NCBI RefSeq assembly: GCF_018977255.1
Contig: NW_024704743.1
Coordinates: 90,088,001 to 90,152,000 of the forward strand
DNA: 64,000 bases
Reading direction: 5' to 3'
Source: Callorhinchus milii
Lineage: Eukaryota
This document shows, in pieces, positions 39,225 to 51,870 of this stretch (positions are counted from its first letter, which is position 1; each line of letters begins with the position of its first letter). The position numbers were made by a program, and so were the translations under genes. The notes under the pieces were generated by a model, which worked only from the letters and a program-made list of their open reading frames with translations, was not told where the DNA came from and searched no databases.

Positions 39225-39332
39225 CTACAGGCGTGGGATAAAAAAAAAGAAAAGAAACATGCAAAGGCATAAATAAACCAAAGGAAAGTGAAATGAAAAG
39301 GAAACTGAATGGTAAGGCTCCACATGTCTCAC

Positions 39333-39400
39333 CAAAGACATTGGGGACGCCTCACTGCTATGCCAAGACGCATGGTCCAGCCAGTAGTAATCCACGTCCC
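39333..39400 (-). CDS. RIMS2: RIMS2 alternative exon A (68 nt, phase 1 to 0): (G)DVDYYWLDHASWHSSEASPMSL
   Basis: Acceptor ttctcacag|GG and donor TTG|gtgaga. Resembles the GD[LM]DYxWLD exon that precedes HPVTWQ in RIM1/RIM2. Confidence 0.92.
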
Positions 39401-41224
39401 CTGTGAGAATCAAACACATAAGAAGTGCGGAAGAGGAAGACAGAGAGAAGGACAGAAACAGAAATTACAGACAACTGGTTTGAATATCAAACAGTTAGAC
39501 ATCTAAGTGTGCTTTAAATATTCAGCCACATGACACCATTTCATTTACAAAGAATCTTAGCAACTCCCAGATTAACTCTTCATCTTACTGGGGTGTAAAA
39601 TGTGAGTTGGGCTCATAGATGGATGAACCACATGCAAATGCCGTCAGGTGCCCATACTGTGGAATTAACCATTGAAAAGGATCAAAATCATCTGGAGTCA
39701 TTTTCATGGGGGGGGGGGGGGGTGTTAACAACATATTTAAAGGCACCTGCATGCGTTAGAACATGGCTAACCCATGGGCTATTAGCCCAACCTGCACTTT
39801 AGACCACAATATAATTAGTTTAGCTTTACTTCTTAACTTAAGAACAAATCCCTCTAATTCTTCATATAATGTGGTTCACCGGGCATGTGGAAACCTGCTC
39901 CCAGCATCACCACTGTGGCATCCGGCATCGCTGATTTTTATATTTTAAATCTTTCTGTTTCCAAGGGATCCACACCCTTCCTTAAATTGTAACTTAAAAT
40001 CAAAAAATAGTACAATTAATATAAACAATAAACATTACCATTACACTTCTGTTATCCTTTAGTGAGGGAATCTAATAAGAACGAAATAAATATTGAAAAG
40101 AGAAAGCCTGTCAGCTGCGAGAATTATTAATTTATCATTGGAAAAAGTGAACAGGTTTGAGCACAAGGGGAAACTTTGATGAAATTGTAAAACATTTTCA
40201 TTTCAAACTACATTACACTGGATAACTCTGGTAAAGCCAAGAGGGTTAGAAAAACAGAATAGTTGTATACAGTCACACACAATGCACGAGAGAAGGAAAC
40301 TGAACAGTGATGGAAAATAAATTAGTGTGTAGAAGGTCGATTAAAAATTCATCCAAAATTAAGAGAATGTATTGTTTTCTATTTCTGCATAGACTGTTTA
40401 TTTACAAATGGAAGGTAGTTCAAAGTAAAATCAATTCCAAATTATTCTAAGAAATTAAATCACAGTGATACCCTAGAATTAAACCTAAAATAGTAACACA
40501 TACAAACTGGGTTAATTTTTTTTCACAAATGTCATTTTTTCTGAAATAATTTTATATAGGAATCCATTGCCACATTAAGGAAAATGTTCTCCCATATCTC
40601 TGCTGTTAATTGCTTGTTGCTTTGCATTCTACACATACAAAATAGAACAGTGTCTTGTTCTGACCATGTCTATCATTATGGTTCTAGGTAATATAACTAC
40701 ACCACAAAGGTAGCAGTTGAAGGAGGAAGTGACAGTCATAAGTGATACTAAGTTGAAGTATTAAGTGCATGTGGGGGGGTGGTGGTCCTTTGTACATTAA
40801 ACAGAATGCTAGCGAAAGCATACGTGGCATAAAAGTGGCCTAACCAAACACATATCCAGCATAATCAAGGAACACTGGGGTGAAATTTGCTGCAGTTTGT
40901 AACACCTTCCTGGTGATGATTCCCCCTACCTCCCCTCCATCCTCACATTGGAACATTTCTAAGGAATTAATGGACTCAAAAGCTGCCCCTCATGCTGACA
41001 TCTGCATTTGATTGCAGCGACTGAATTAAGACATTTCCTCTATTGCTGGACCCATTCTGTCTCCAGGTCATCAGATCTTACCCGTCCCCAGATGGAACCA
41101 ATGTTCCTGAATCCGGGTGAAAACTGAGATCTGAAGGAAGTGAGTGGCATTAATTAGTGAACAGTATGAGAGCAATATTTAATAAGGTTTCTTGTGCTAA
41201 ATTTTACAAGGAACGCATTATGAA

Positions 41225-41640
41225 TGTCACAAATTTCTACCTATATTGTCCTCCTCTCCACGGCCAAATCCTCTTCTACTCCAGAAGAGTAAAAAGAAAC
41301 CTAAAGCTTCTTTTCTTCATCACCAACCACCCTCCTCCCTCCCTCCCTCCCTCCCTTCCACACCCTTCCAACCTTCCCTTCCCAAGCCACCCATAACCTA
41401 AAGAGATTGTATAGTTGCTCAGCTCCAAAAATTAACATCATTCATTACTTTCCAACTATGTTGCTTGCTCTCCCATTATATTTCAGGGCTTCCAGTATGG
41501 CTTTAGGCCATCCCACTCCACTGACAAGTCAAAATCACCAATGACATTGGTCTGCGACTGGGGTTCCCTACACTTCCCTCCTCAATCTATCTGCTGCCTT
41601 TGACACTGTCAACACTTGTTTTCTCCTTCAACACCTCTAA
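41225..41640 (+). mobile_element. Old L2 ORF2 internal fragment
   Basis: Decayed QSGFR..HST and DLSAAFDTV coding motifs (ccagtatggctttagg, tctatctgctgcctttgacactgtc). Confidence 0.6.
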
Positions 41641-43137
41641 GTTACATAGGTTAACACCATTATTTGTAGCATTTTTAATTGGAATTTCCATTCCAAATCC
41701 CAAATTTTAGAACGAAAGTCTGAAATAACAGTTTGTATATAGAATAGAATTTAAGAAGTCAATTCTAAATTCAGACAGTTGAGCAAACTGATGTGCATAA
41801 GAAACTATTGGGCACAGTTTGATTAATATTTTAACCAGTCTATGCAATCCATACAGAAATAATACCATCTCTTTAGAAAGCAGTTCAAATAAACTCTGGG
41901 ACTGTCTATACCATTACAATCCTAAACATGAGGGAACATATATCTTTAACATAAAAACATTCTATTAAATTAAACATACAAGATTAATAATTTATCATGG
42001 TCTTTATATTACATATTTTGGAGCAAAATAAGTATAATAGCAAGCTGTGGAGGAGAAGGAAAAGCAATTTTACTTCAATTTTGTAATTTCTGAACCACAT
42101 CAATAACCCACATAATACAAATTTGTTAATTGCTTCTTTCAGTGTTTCTGAATTGTTCATTTTATTCTGCTTCTTTCATATTTTTCTTTGACTTTTCTGT
42201 ACATTCAACTTTACAATTATAGATAAGACTTAGCAGTAAAGAAGAGCTATTTTCTCCTGTATTCCAGGCAGATATTACTCAGACTCAATGACTGTGATGA
42301 TCACAAAATGACAAATCTAGTTGAGTGTTTATGTCTCATAATTGAAGTAAAAAATCCATTGCACTTTGGAGGATCCAAATGTTATCTTTGTTACACAAAA
42401 GATGATTTAAGAGCAACAAATACACAAAAAAACTCTAAATGCAGTTTTGTGGATTCAGCACAATGTGTTTGCCCTGAAACCAAACTCATCAAATTAATCA
42501 ATGAGCCTGGTGATGAAATCTAAATGTTTATCTCCGTTGTCTATAAATGATGGAATTCCCAGAAACATAGACATGAAGAATACTTGTAAATCATATATCT
42601 TACTTGCTAATCTTCAGCTTTTCAATAATAATAAATGGCAGTCTTCTCACTTGGTAAAATGGAGTCAATGATTCTTTTTTCAGGTCAAAATTTCAGAAGA
42701 TCCTGTGGCTTAGCGATAACTATCACAAGTAGTAGTGGTGCTCTCCTATTGTGAGATGCACTTCTGTCCAATGTATCAGCTGTGCTGCTCATCAGGGGGT
42801 GCTGGTACCTTCCACCCACCCATTGAGGGCTCAAATTTATATCTTTCTGTTGTCATATGACAAAGGAATGACTCACCTCCTAGTGGAGAGGTAAGTTGGG
42901 TCGCCTTGAATCAAGGTGACATGTTTGGCCATGGAATGTCAGAATTATTAACGCTGTGTGGCGGTCTGGGGAGTCCAGTTCCTGAGCCAGGCAACCTGCA
43001 GTACTCTAGGGCACAGCTGATGCCAGACCAGCCAGCCTGGCTCATCAGTAGAACTTGGAGGGGCAGACTGGTCACTGGAGCCAGGGATTTACTAGGTCAA
43101 CAGACTACCACTGACATCACTTCCTGCACGTTGAAAT

Positions 43138-44100
43138 GACAACAACAACAAATTACATTTGTATACAGCCTTTCACGTCAGGAGGACATCCCAAGGCGCT
43201 GGACAGTCAGGGATCCTTACCCGTGCTGGTGGTTGGGTTAAAGAGGGGTGAAGGGCAGGGAGGGAAGGAGACCAAAGGCACAGTTGAAGAGGAGGGTCTT
43301 GAGAGTCATGAAGGAGGCAAGGGAGGGGGCGAGGTGGATGGACTGTGGGATGGAGTTCCAGAGGGTGGGGTCAGAGAAGCTGAAGGCCCGCCCGCTGATA
43401 GTGGGACAGGCAAGGTAGAGGACATGAAGCAGGCCAGAGCCCGCCTAGCGGAGGGAGCAGACAGGTTGGTAGAGGGTTAGGAGGTCACAGAGGTAGGGAG
43501 GACCAAGGCCGTGGAAGGCTTTGAAGGTGAGGACCAGGATCTTGAACTGTATGCTCTGAGTGATGTGGAGCCAGTGGAGTTGGGTGAGGATGGGGGTGAT
43601 AGGATTGCAAAGCCTGGTGTGGAAGAGGACAAGGGCTGCAGAGTTCTGGATGAACTGCAGCCTGTGGAGGGAGGAGTTGGGGAGGCCGACAAGCATGGAG
43701 TTTGCATAGCCGGGCAATGTTGCGGAGGTGGAGAAAGGCGGAGCAGGTTATGGCACGGATGTGGGGGATGAAGTACAGTTGAGGGTAGAACAGGACGCCG
43801 AGGTTCCATATTGGCTCCCTGAGATGTAGAGTGAAGGATGATGCTGTCAGTGCCTGAGGTATGAGGCCCTTACGGGAGCCAAGCAAGAGGGCCTCGGTCT
43901 TGTTGACATTCAACTGGAGAAAGCTTGATGTCCGACAGGCAGTCTCTCAGGACAGCAGTGGTCCTGGAATCAAGGGTGGAGGCAGAGAGATAGAGTTGGG
44001 TGTCATCCGCATACATGTCACCAAGTGGGAGCACGTAGATGTTGAAAAGGAGGTGACCAAGGGCAGAGCCCTGAGGAACGCCACACGTGATGGTGCAGGG
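43138..44100 (-). mobile_element. L2 LINE 3' fragment (~960 bp)
   Basis: ORFs 43485..43913 ([12 protein letters not shown]...NLGVLF) and 43445..43717 (LQFIQNSAA...LHWL...FKILVLTFKAFHGLGPPYL). Confidence 0.93.
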
Positions 44101-44579
44101 GCTGCATTAACAGCATTTTCTGTGCATATGATGCATGCGCAGCACATAGAAAGTGGTGACCTGATGCGAGACCACCAACCTCAGTATAACATGGGATCCG
44201 AGTTCATGTGTTATAATGGGGTCAACCTGCAGTTCACTATGTTGACAGAGGTATCATCCTGGCTCACTTGGTAGCAATCTCCCCTTTAAGTCAGAAACCA
44301 GAGAGGGTTCATCCACATAAAAGTATTCATTTATATCATGACTGTTTCTGGGACCTCAGTGTACAAATTGGCTACAACTTTTGTCTAAAAATATACAGTC
44401 ACTACACTTTACAGAAAGCCACATTATAGGCATAATATCAAATGCAAGGAATGCAAGTTGATGGACAGAACAGACACACTTTCCCATTACTACATGATGC
44501 CTTTTACTTTTACTTTTTACACATTAAATGGGACATGTCGAGAATAGCCACAGCCCTGAATTAGCATTAACCTGAATCA

Positions 44580-44766
44580 ACAATAATAAATTGGTCATTT
44601 TCAATCCATGACTGTTTGTGGGACATTGCTGTGCGCAATTGGCTGCCGCGTTCGCCCACAAATATACAGCCAATTCACTTTACAGTATATTCTGTGAAGA
44701 GTTTTGGGACGTCTAGAAGACGTGAAAAGCGCTATATCAAATGCAAAAATTATTATTATTATTATT
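44580..44766 (+). mobile_element. 5'-truncated young SINE. Similar tail-only pieces lie near 27850-28010(-), 32735-32855(+), 36135-36280(+), 38240-38330(-), 55118-55225(-) and 57400-57590(+)
   Basis: aattggtcattttcaatcc...gggacattgctgtgcgcaattggctgccgcgttcgcccacaaa...(ATT)n. Confidence 0.85.
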
Positions 44767-45065
44767 TGGGGTCATAGTGTAACAGTAAAACAAAGATGGC
44801 AGCTATGGGTGAAGTTGTAAGCAATTAGCAGCTTCTGAGACATGAGCTGATTAAAGTACTAAAAGCATTTGTAATCCAGTAAGGCAAAGTTTTTTTCTTC
44901 CTTTAGAGGCAGAGATATCCAGTTTAAGGTCACACGTTCCCAGTGAAAAACCCTTACCTAAATTGGACATGGCTACTTTCTCCAAAGGAGAAAAACAGGG
45001 GAAAAAAACTTTTGTGAACTGGCATTACTTGTCTTTTCTTACTTATCTTTTATTTAAACAATATA

Positions 45066-45770
45066 AAATACAATACAAAATTACATTTGTAAAGCGCCTT
45101 TCAAGTCAGGAGGATGTTCCAAGGCACTGAACACTCAGGGATTAGGACCCGAGCGGGGATGGGGGCGGTTGGGTTCAGGGAGACTAGAGGGAAGAGAGGG
45201 GGTAGGAGGGTGGCCAAAGGCACAGTCGAAGAGGACAGTCTTGAGACGTGCCTTGAAGCAGGCAAGGGAGTGCGCGAGGCAAAGGGAATGTGGGATGGAG
45301 TTCCAGAGGGTGGGGACAGAGAGGCTGAAGACCCAACCGCCGACAGTAGGATGGAATGAACAAATATGAAATTAAAGATTTATTGGTTAAATACAGCATC
45401 CTTTTTGCAAAGGAAAAGGTAAAATACCCAAACTCTCTACTCTAGTTGTACAATATAGATATATGATATTGTACGACTTGCCAAAACTGAAAATTACACT
45501 GCAGTTGCCTCTGAAGAAGAACAAAAATTTGTATAAGCACCTTTCAAGGTGGGAGGATGTCTCAAGGTGCTGGGCAGTCAGGAATTTGGACCCGAGCTGG
45601 GAGATGGGATCAGGAGCGGTGGAGGGTAGGGATAGGGGTAAAAGGGTGACCAAAGGTGTGGTCGAAGAGAAGGGCCTTGAAGGAAGCTTGGGAGGGAGGC
45701 AGGTGAAGGGACTGTGGGATGGAGAACCAGAGGCTGAACTCCGACCACCGATAGTGGGGCAGGCCAGTCA
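45066..45770 (-). mobile_element. Two adjacent L2 3' fragments (about 45066-45355 and 45515-45770)
   Basis: Each has an L2 tail and the gtcgaagag..gg.cttga / tgtgggatggag motifs. Confidence 0.85.
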
Positions 45771-47197
45771 AGGGGCCCAAAAGAAAGCTATAACAGTCAA
45801 AATAACATATTTCATATAGTGCCTGAAACATGAAAATGTCTCAAAGTGTTTCACAAGAGAAAATCTGTCAAAAATAGTAATCGTGCATTTATAAACAAAC
45901 AGTGCAGCAAATTTGCACACAGTAACGTTCCACAAACAGCCATGAAGAGGTGATCAATTTATCTAGCAGATTCTTGGCCAGGATCCCAGGAGACCACTGC
46001 CAATGTCAAGTGCTCCAGGACTCTACCTCACGTGAAGGGCGCAATATAAATGCAAGTTACTGTTGTTGTAAATGTCCACCTATCCTACTTGGGTGGGCAA
46101 GGTAAGCAGGGGTCTCCTGGGGGTTGAACTGGCTCCAAAGTGCCAAGATGCATGGAAATCTCAGCTTAGTCTGGATATTCTTAAGTACGGTGATGAGTTT
46201 TCACATGTGTCAGACACCCGGCTGACCCCCCAAAAATTTAACTTTTTTAACCAACTGACTTTCTCGCCAAAAAGTGGGTATTTATCTATGAAAATCGGTC
46301 AAAAAACTATTTAATAGTCCTTACGTATACTGGACTTTTTACAGTAAATCAACAGAATGGAAATGGGGCGATGTTCCTGTGCTTGGGAAAACAATGCAGT
46401 AATCAGGTCATCTCCCAAGTTTAATTTTGGATGTAAATTTACCATTGTTTTACATTAAAGGGATAAGTGAAGTGGATCAAGCTGAAATGGGTTGCTGGGG
46501 AAGCTTGTAGAAGCTAGAATGTTGGACTCATTAATTAATAGATTAATGCTGCGATGGGAGGAAGGAAGACTGGGTGGAAGTCTTCTGAAAGAATGAGATC
46601 AAATAGGACAAAGGTCTGTCAGTTTCAATAAAACTCAGTGGGTTGAAATTCTGTTCAGCATTACAATGTAGAGCTACTGGCAGCCACAGTTTTGTTGCAC
46701 TTAAGTTGATATTACCAAACTTTGATTAACCATGGACAAATATAATTAACAACAGGTTCTACTCATATAGGGAGAGAAGGAGCAAAACACAGGGATTTTA
46801 CGAAAATGTTCCAGAGAATGATGACAATAGAAACCGAGGACTTGGCCTCTGATAAAGGTAAAAGCCATCAATCAAAACTGACAGAGCAAAGAGAAAGGAA
46901 AGGACTCCTGGGCTGGAGGACAGTGGATTGGTAGGAAGAGACAAAACCATGAAGGAATTTGGAGACCAGGGCAAGGACCTTAATATCAATCTGTAAGGGA
47001 TTTGGAATCAATGGAGCCTGGTGAAGTTGGAGTGTAGAGCACAATACAAGCTGGAAAGTTTTGGAAAATTTGAAGCTTCAGGAAATGGCTTCATGTGCAA
47101 GATTGGAATTTGCAGAGATAAAAGATCTGCAAAAGATGAAGTCCAGGGGTACGGGGGTAAGGTGGGGAGAACACAGTAAACTGTAAGAAGTTATCAT

Positions 47198-47560
47198 CTT
47201 GCTCACCCCTACCTCACCTATCTCTAACCCCCTACCATCTTGTTCGCTCCCTCCGCTCAGCGGGCTCTGGCCTGCTTCACGTCCCCGCCTTGCTCGCCCC
47301 ATTACCGGCGGGCGGGCCTTCTGCCGCTCTGCAGCCACCCTCTGGAACTCCATCCCGCAGTCCCTCCATCTCGCCCCCTCCCTCGCCACCTTCAAGACCC
47401 ACTTCAAGACCCTCCTCTTCGACCATGCTTTCGATCTCCCTGCTTTCCCCTCTGCACTCCCCCCTCCCCCACACCAGGTCTGAAACTCTGTCTGTCCAAC
47501 GCCTTCGGACGTCCTCCTGATATGAAAAGCACCATATAAATGTAATTTTGTTGTTGTTAT
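47198..47560 (+). mobile_element. L2 3' fragment, followed by a Deu-type SINE 3' part (about 47570-47797)
   Basis: ORF 47199..47483 GGRAFCRSAATLWNSIP...TFKTHFKTLLF; (TTG)n tail. Confidence 0.9.
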
Positions 47561-47800
47561 TATATCAGTTAAAAATCCTAAAAGGAACTTAGAGAAGAGA
47601 GTTTCTCCTAGTATCCTAGCCAACAATCTCCCAAATAAAATTGGACACTCATTTCATGGCTGTTTGTTGGACGTTGTTGTGTGCAATTATGCTGTTTCAT
47701 TTGCCTATAAATACGTAGTCACTCCATTTCCCATTAAATCCTGTGAAGCACTTTGAGACATGTTTGTGATGTAATAATGTGATTATTATCATTATTTTAC

Positions 47801-47801
47801 N
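47801..47801. other. Single ambiguous base (N), possibly an assembly join
   Basis: attattttac n aaaaaacct, directly after a SINE tail. Confidence 0.9.
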
Positions 47802-49414
47802 AAAAAACCTACTAATTCCTCTCATAAAAATGAACTTCCAGAAAGCTGATGATAAGCCGGAGTCTAAACTGTCCTCAGCATATATTCACCTAAGAACCTA
47901 ACCTTTCATTTCACATCTGTATGTGAATAACAAAGGGATCAAAAGTATAGTATTCAAGAACACATTCCTTAACCTACTTAAGGAATAGCGTTAAATTGCA
48001 TTTTGAAATATTCCCCCCACCGACTTTTGAATAACAGTAGCCCTGAAAATGGCTGAAATGCCATAGGTGCTGCTAACTCAGATTCAACAACAACTTGCAT
48101 TTATATAGTGCCCGTTACGCAGAGTAATGTCGCAAAGCGCTTAAATTCACACTTAAGAGGGGATCATTTTTGAGAATGATACTTTTTGTCTCAGCTTACT
48201 CACGTTCAGTGAGGCTGCCTTTGCTATTTGTGAGCTTGGAAATTGGCCTCCAAGGCTTATTCATGCGATACTGTTCCGGCTCGATTCTGAGATGTTATCC
48301 TATGTACGGACACAATATAAAATGCATGTTTTGCTGTAGCTGTTGTTGAATAAACTCAGAAAGGTATTTTTCAGCATTTGATGCTATGATGGAATTCAGG
48401 TAGAGATGCAAAGTCCCCAGAGCTTTTCAATGGGTTTGCGCAAACTAATTATTCTGAAGTCGAGAGGGGGATGGTATTTTTAAACACATTTTAAGCCATC
48501 ATTTAATAAACCCCAAAGATTTGTATAATAATTATGTTTCAGGTTTGTGCAGCAGTCTTATGATGGTTGGCAAAGTGGTTGAAATCTACACTGTAACACT
48601 ATTTACCTCTGATAAGAGACAATAAGAGACACAGAAGTCTGCTCCAGAATGGAACTTTATTTCTGGATGTAAAGTTTTTAAATGGCAGAATCGGATGGCT
48701 TACCAGGAAATGGTTTTGGGAACAAGACTGAAACCAAAATGGACGACACTTAAACAGGAGATTATACTGCACTCATCCATCCATTCACAGCTAACTCTAA
48801 TCCTTACCCAACATCCACACTTACAGTAGGGCGTGCTGGATATCAGTCAGCAATAGGAATCCTGGTTGAATTTTCTTTACTTGATGTTGCACTGTGCAAT
48901 TAATCACTAAGCTATAAATCAGGAATTTTAGTTGGTTTTCATCTGTTTTGGGGAGGGCTGAGGAGTGGGAAACCCTGATCAAAATCCATGAAAAAAATTC
49001 TGAACATTGCTTATTATTCAATTTTGTTCAGCCTGTTGTTCGAATGTTGTTTTAAATTTTAGTGTTTGTATTCTGTAGTGTCACCTTTCCTTTCTGTGAT
49101 AGGATGAAGAAAATGATTATGGAGATGTCATCCAGGTGTTAATATCTTGTTATTCCATAATGTGTTTCACTGATCACTGAAACACTAATGGAAGATGCAA
49201 GGAGTGGTGTTAATTGAGATGAGCGACAACTACATCCACAATCACAGTATTTCAGTGCTGATGGGTGCAGGGAAGGGACAGGGGTAGAAATAGGTGGAGG
49301 GAAGCAGTTTAGAGTGTTAGTTTGATTAACTTTCGAGATTGGGGAATATCTAAGAAGAATTTTCTCTAGGAGGTAGAGTGATAATAATAAATAAGGATTA
49401 TAGTCTTTGATATA

Positions 49415-49836
49415 ATAACTATTCTTGCATTTGGTATAGAGCATTACTGCATGATCGAGTCGTCTTGAAGCACTTCAAAGGATTTTACTGTGAAGAGCAG
49501 TGATTGTGGATTTGTAGGCAAAAGCGACATACAATTTGCCCAAGGCAGTGTCCAACAAACAGCCATGATCGTTGACCTATTTTATTTGGGGGATTGTTGG
49601 CTAGGATACTGAGAGGAACTCGATTCTCTTTTCAAATAGTGTCACTGGCTCGTTAATATTCACCTGAATAGAAAGGACCTCAATTTCACATCTCATGCAA
49701 AGATTGGCATCTTCGACAAAGCAACGCTCCTCCAGCACTTCCCTCTTGTGTCAGCCTAGACTGTGAGCTCAATGTCCTGACGTAGGGTTCAAACTCATAA
49801 TCTTCTGACTCAGAGGTGCAAGAGCTACCAAGTGAG
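49415..49836 (-). mobile_element. Near full-length old Deu-domain SINE (SacSINE1-like)
   Basis: tRNA head reverse complement cttctgactcagaggtgcaagagctacc, then gtcagcctagactgtgagctcaa, Deu segment and the shared tail. Confidence 0.75.
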
Positions 49837-50044
49837 ATCCACAATAGGTTTATTGACTATGGAATGAGCAAAATAACAGCCTTTTCTCATTCCATGTTTT
49901 CTTCTGTTAAACTCACTGCTACAATTTGACAATGTTTTATTGCAGAGCATGAACAGCTGAGCTGAAAAGAAGAATTAATCCTGATGGTTAATCCAAGAGT
50001 TCGAACATCACTACATTACTAGCCACAGTTTATTTCCCATTTCT

Positions 50045-50386
50045 GGAGTCCTGTAGCTCAGTGGTTAGAGCACCCGCCTCGCAAGCGAGAGACCTGAGTT
50101 TGATTCCCGGCAGGGCGAAACTTGGACAAATTTCCTTACTCCACACGCCTTAATAATTAAGAGATTTTTTCTTGAAGGATTAATAATAATCCCTGAAAAA
50201 AAACAATAATAAAATTGGTCACTTCAATCCACGACTGTCTGTGGGACACTGTTGTGCGCAATTGATTGTCGGGTTTCGCCCACAAATATACAGTCAATTC
50301 ACTTTACAGTATATTCTGTGAAGCGCTTTGAGACAACTAGAAGATGTGAAAAGCTCTATATCAAATGAAAGGATTATTATTATTAT
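50045..50386 (+). mobile_element. Full-length tRNA-Ala-derived SINE, TSD ATTTCTG
   Basis: ggagtcctgtagctcagtggttagagca...; ATTTCTG at 50039-50045 and 50387-50393. Confidence 0.92.
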
Positions 50387-51494
50387 ATTTCTGCACTTCT
50401 CAGCAGGCAAGGGAGGCAGATTGTGTTAGTAAATTCAAAAGATAATGAGACAATTCATTGACAAACAAAGTGATTGAAAGGCATGAGAAATAGAATAATG
50501 TATGCATTTTTATTTTTACTTTGGGGCCAGCCAATAGTCTATTACTGTATTGTACAATCCTATGGCCCTATTATTTAATTCATTTCCATTACAAGTTACA
50601 TAAATAAAAATAAAGAACCGTCATAATCAACCGGCACTAACATTCACTGTTATTGGGGTTATTGCCAATGTGGATCCACAACTGTGGTAACCGCTGTGGC
50701 TACTCCAAGTTGCTGGTTCAACTTTCCTACCCGACCGACGATGATACACCACTTCTTATTTGACAGAGTAATAGTTCTAACAAAACATTTCAGAAATCTA
50801 AAAGAAAATGATATCATTTTGTTTTTGCCTCCACTCAGCCATTCTCTGTTTGTTCACACAGAATAATGCATCCAACACTTTATTTTTGGACTACATTGTA
50901 CTTGTCAAACATCCACCATTTGCCAGTGCTATTGTTGGTTGATCCTCTCCTTGTTACACTATATTGGGGTTAGCCTTCCTGCACTTGTAATTTCACCCAT
51001 CACTGGCAATGAATGTGCCTGCAGCCAAAGATCGATACAATTACTGACAGGGAAAAACTAAACTCTTAGTTGCCTAAGTATTATGTACCATCCCTACTTC
51101 TTTCCCATGCAATGCCAACACTATCATCTCTGCACAGCTTTTTTCATGCAACACATCTTACATTTACACTATTAAGCCCATTCAGCAGCACAGTTGATAT
51201 TGAGTGCTTTGTGTTGAAGACTAACCCTGGTGAAGCTACAATCGTTGAAATGGACATCATCCCTTGGCTTCAGACTGTCCATTAGCAGGATACTCTGTGG
51301 GGTTTTTTATCAGTGAAAAGCTGGTATACTGTTAACCAGAAAGTGATCTATGAGCCTTATCAATAGAGTAGACCTGGCATTGGGATGTCACCATTGACAA
51401 TAATAATAATCATTACATATAGCACCTCTCAAGTCAGGAGATTGTCTCAAACACTTCATAGAATAGTGTTGAGGGGAGAGGGAGCACAAAGAAA

Positions 51495-51870
51495 GTGGGG
51501 AGATATCAGTGGGGTGAGGGTGAGAGAAGGAAGTGTCGGGAGAGGAGTGAGGGAGTTGAGGTGTCAGGAGGAGGGGGACAGAAGGGTATAGGAAGGGAGA
51601 GAAAGGGAGTGGAAATGTTGGGGGGGAGGGGTGGGAGAGGGGGAATGGAGATGTCAGAGGGGGGGAGAGAGGGAGTGGAAGTATCAGAGGGGAGAGAGAG
51701 AGAGTGGAGATGTCAGAGGGGTGAGAGGGGGAGTGGAGATGTCAGAGTGGGGGAGAGAGGGAGTGGAGATATCACGGGGAAAGAGGAAGTGGAGGTGTCA
51801 GAGAGGAGACAGAGAGAGTGGGAGGCATCGGGGAGACAGAGGGAGTGGCGGTATCAGAGGGAAGAGAAGG
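51495..51870 (+). repeat. Purine-rich minisatellite, ~27-31 bp unit (consensus ~GAGAGGGAGTGGAGATGTCAGAGGGG), roughly a dozen degenerate copies
   Basis: Recurrent gagtggagatgtcaga / gtggaagtatcaga cores; this repeat produces the spurious ORFs 51495..52031 and 51631..51876. Confidence 0.85.

Noticed and set aside
50045..50115. tRNA-Ala gene-like sequences (also near 4000, 18193, 19480, 33560 and 60683)
   Set aside because: They run directly into a SINE body and tail, so they are SINE heads and not tRNA genes.
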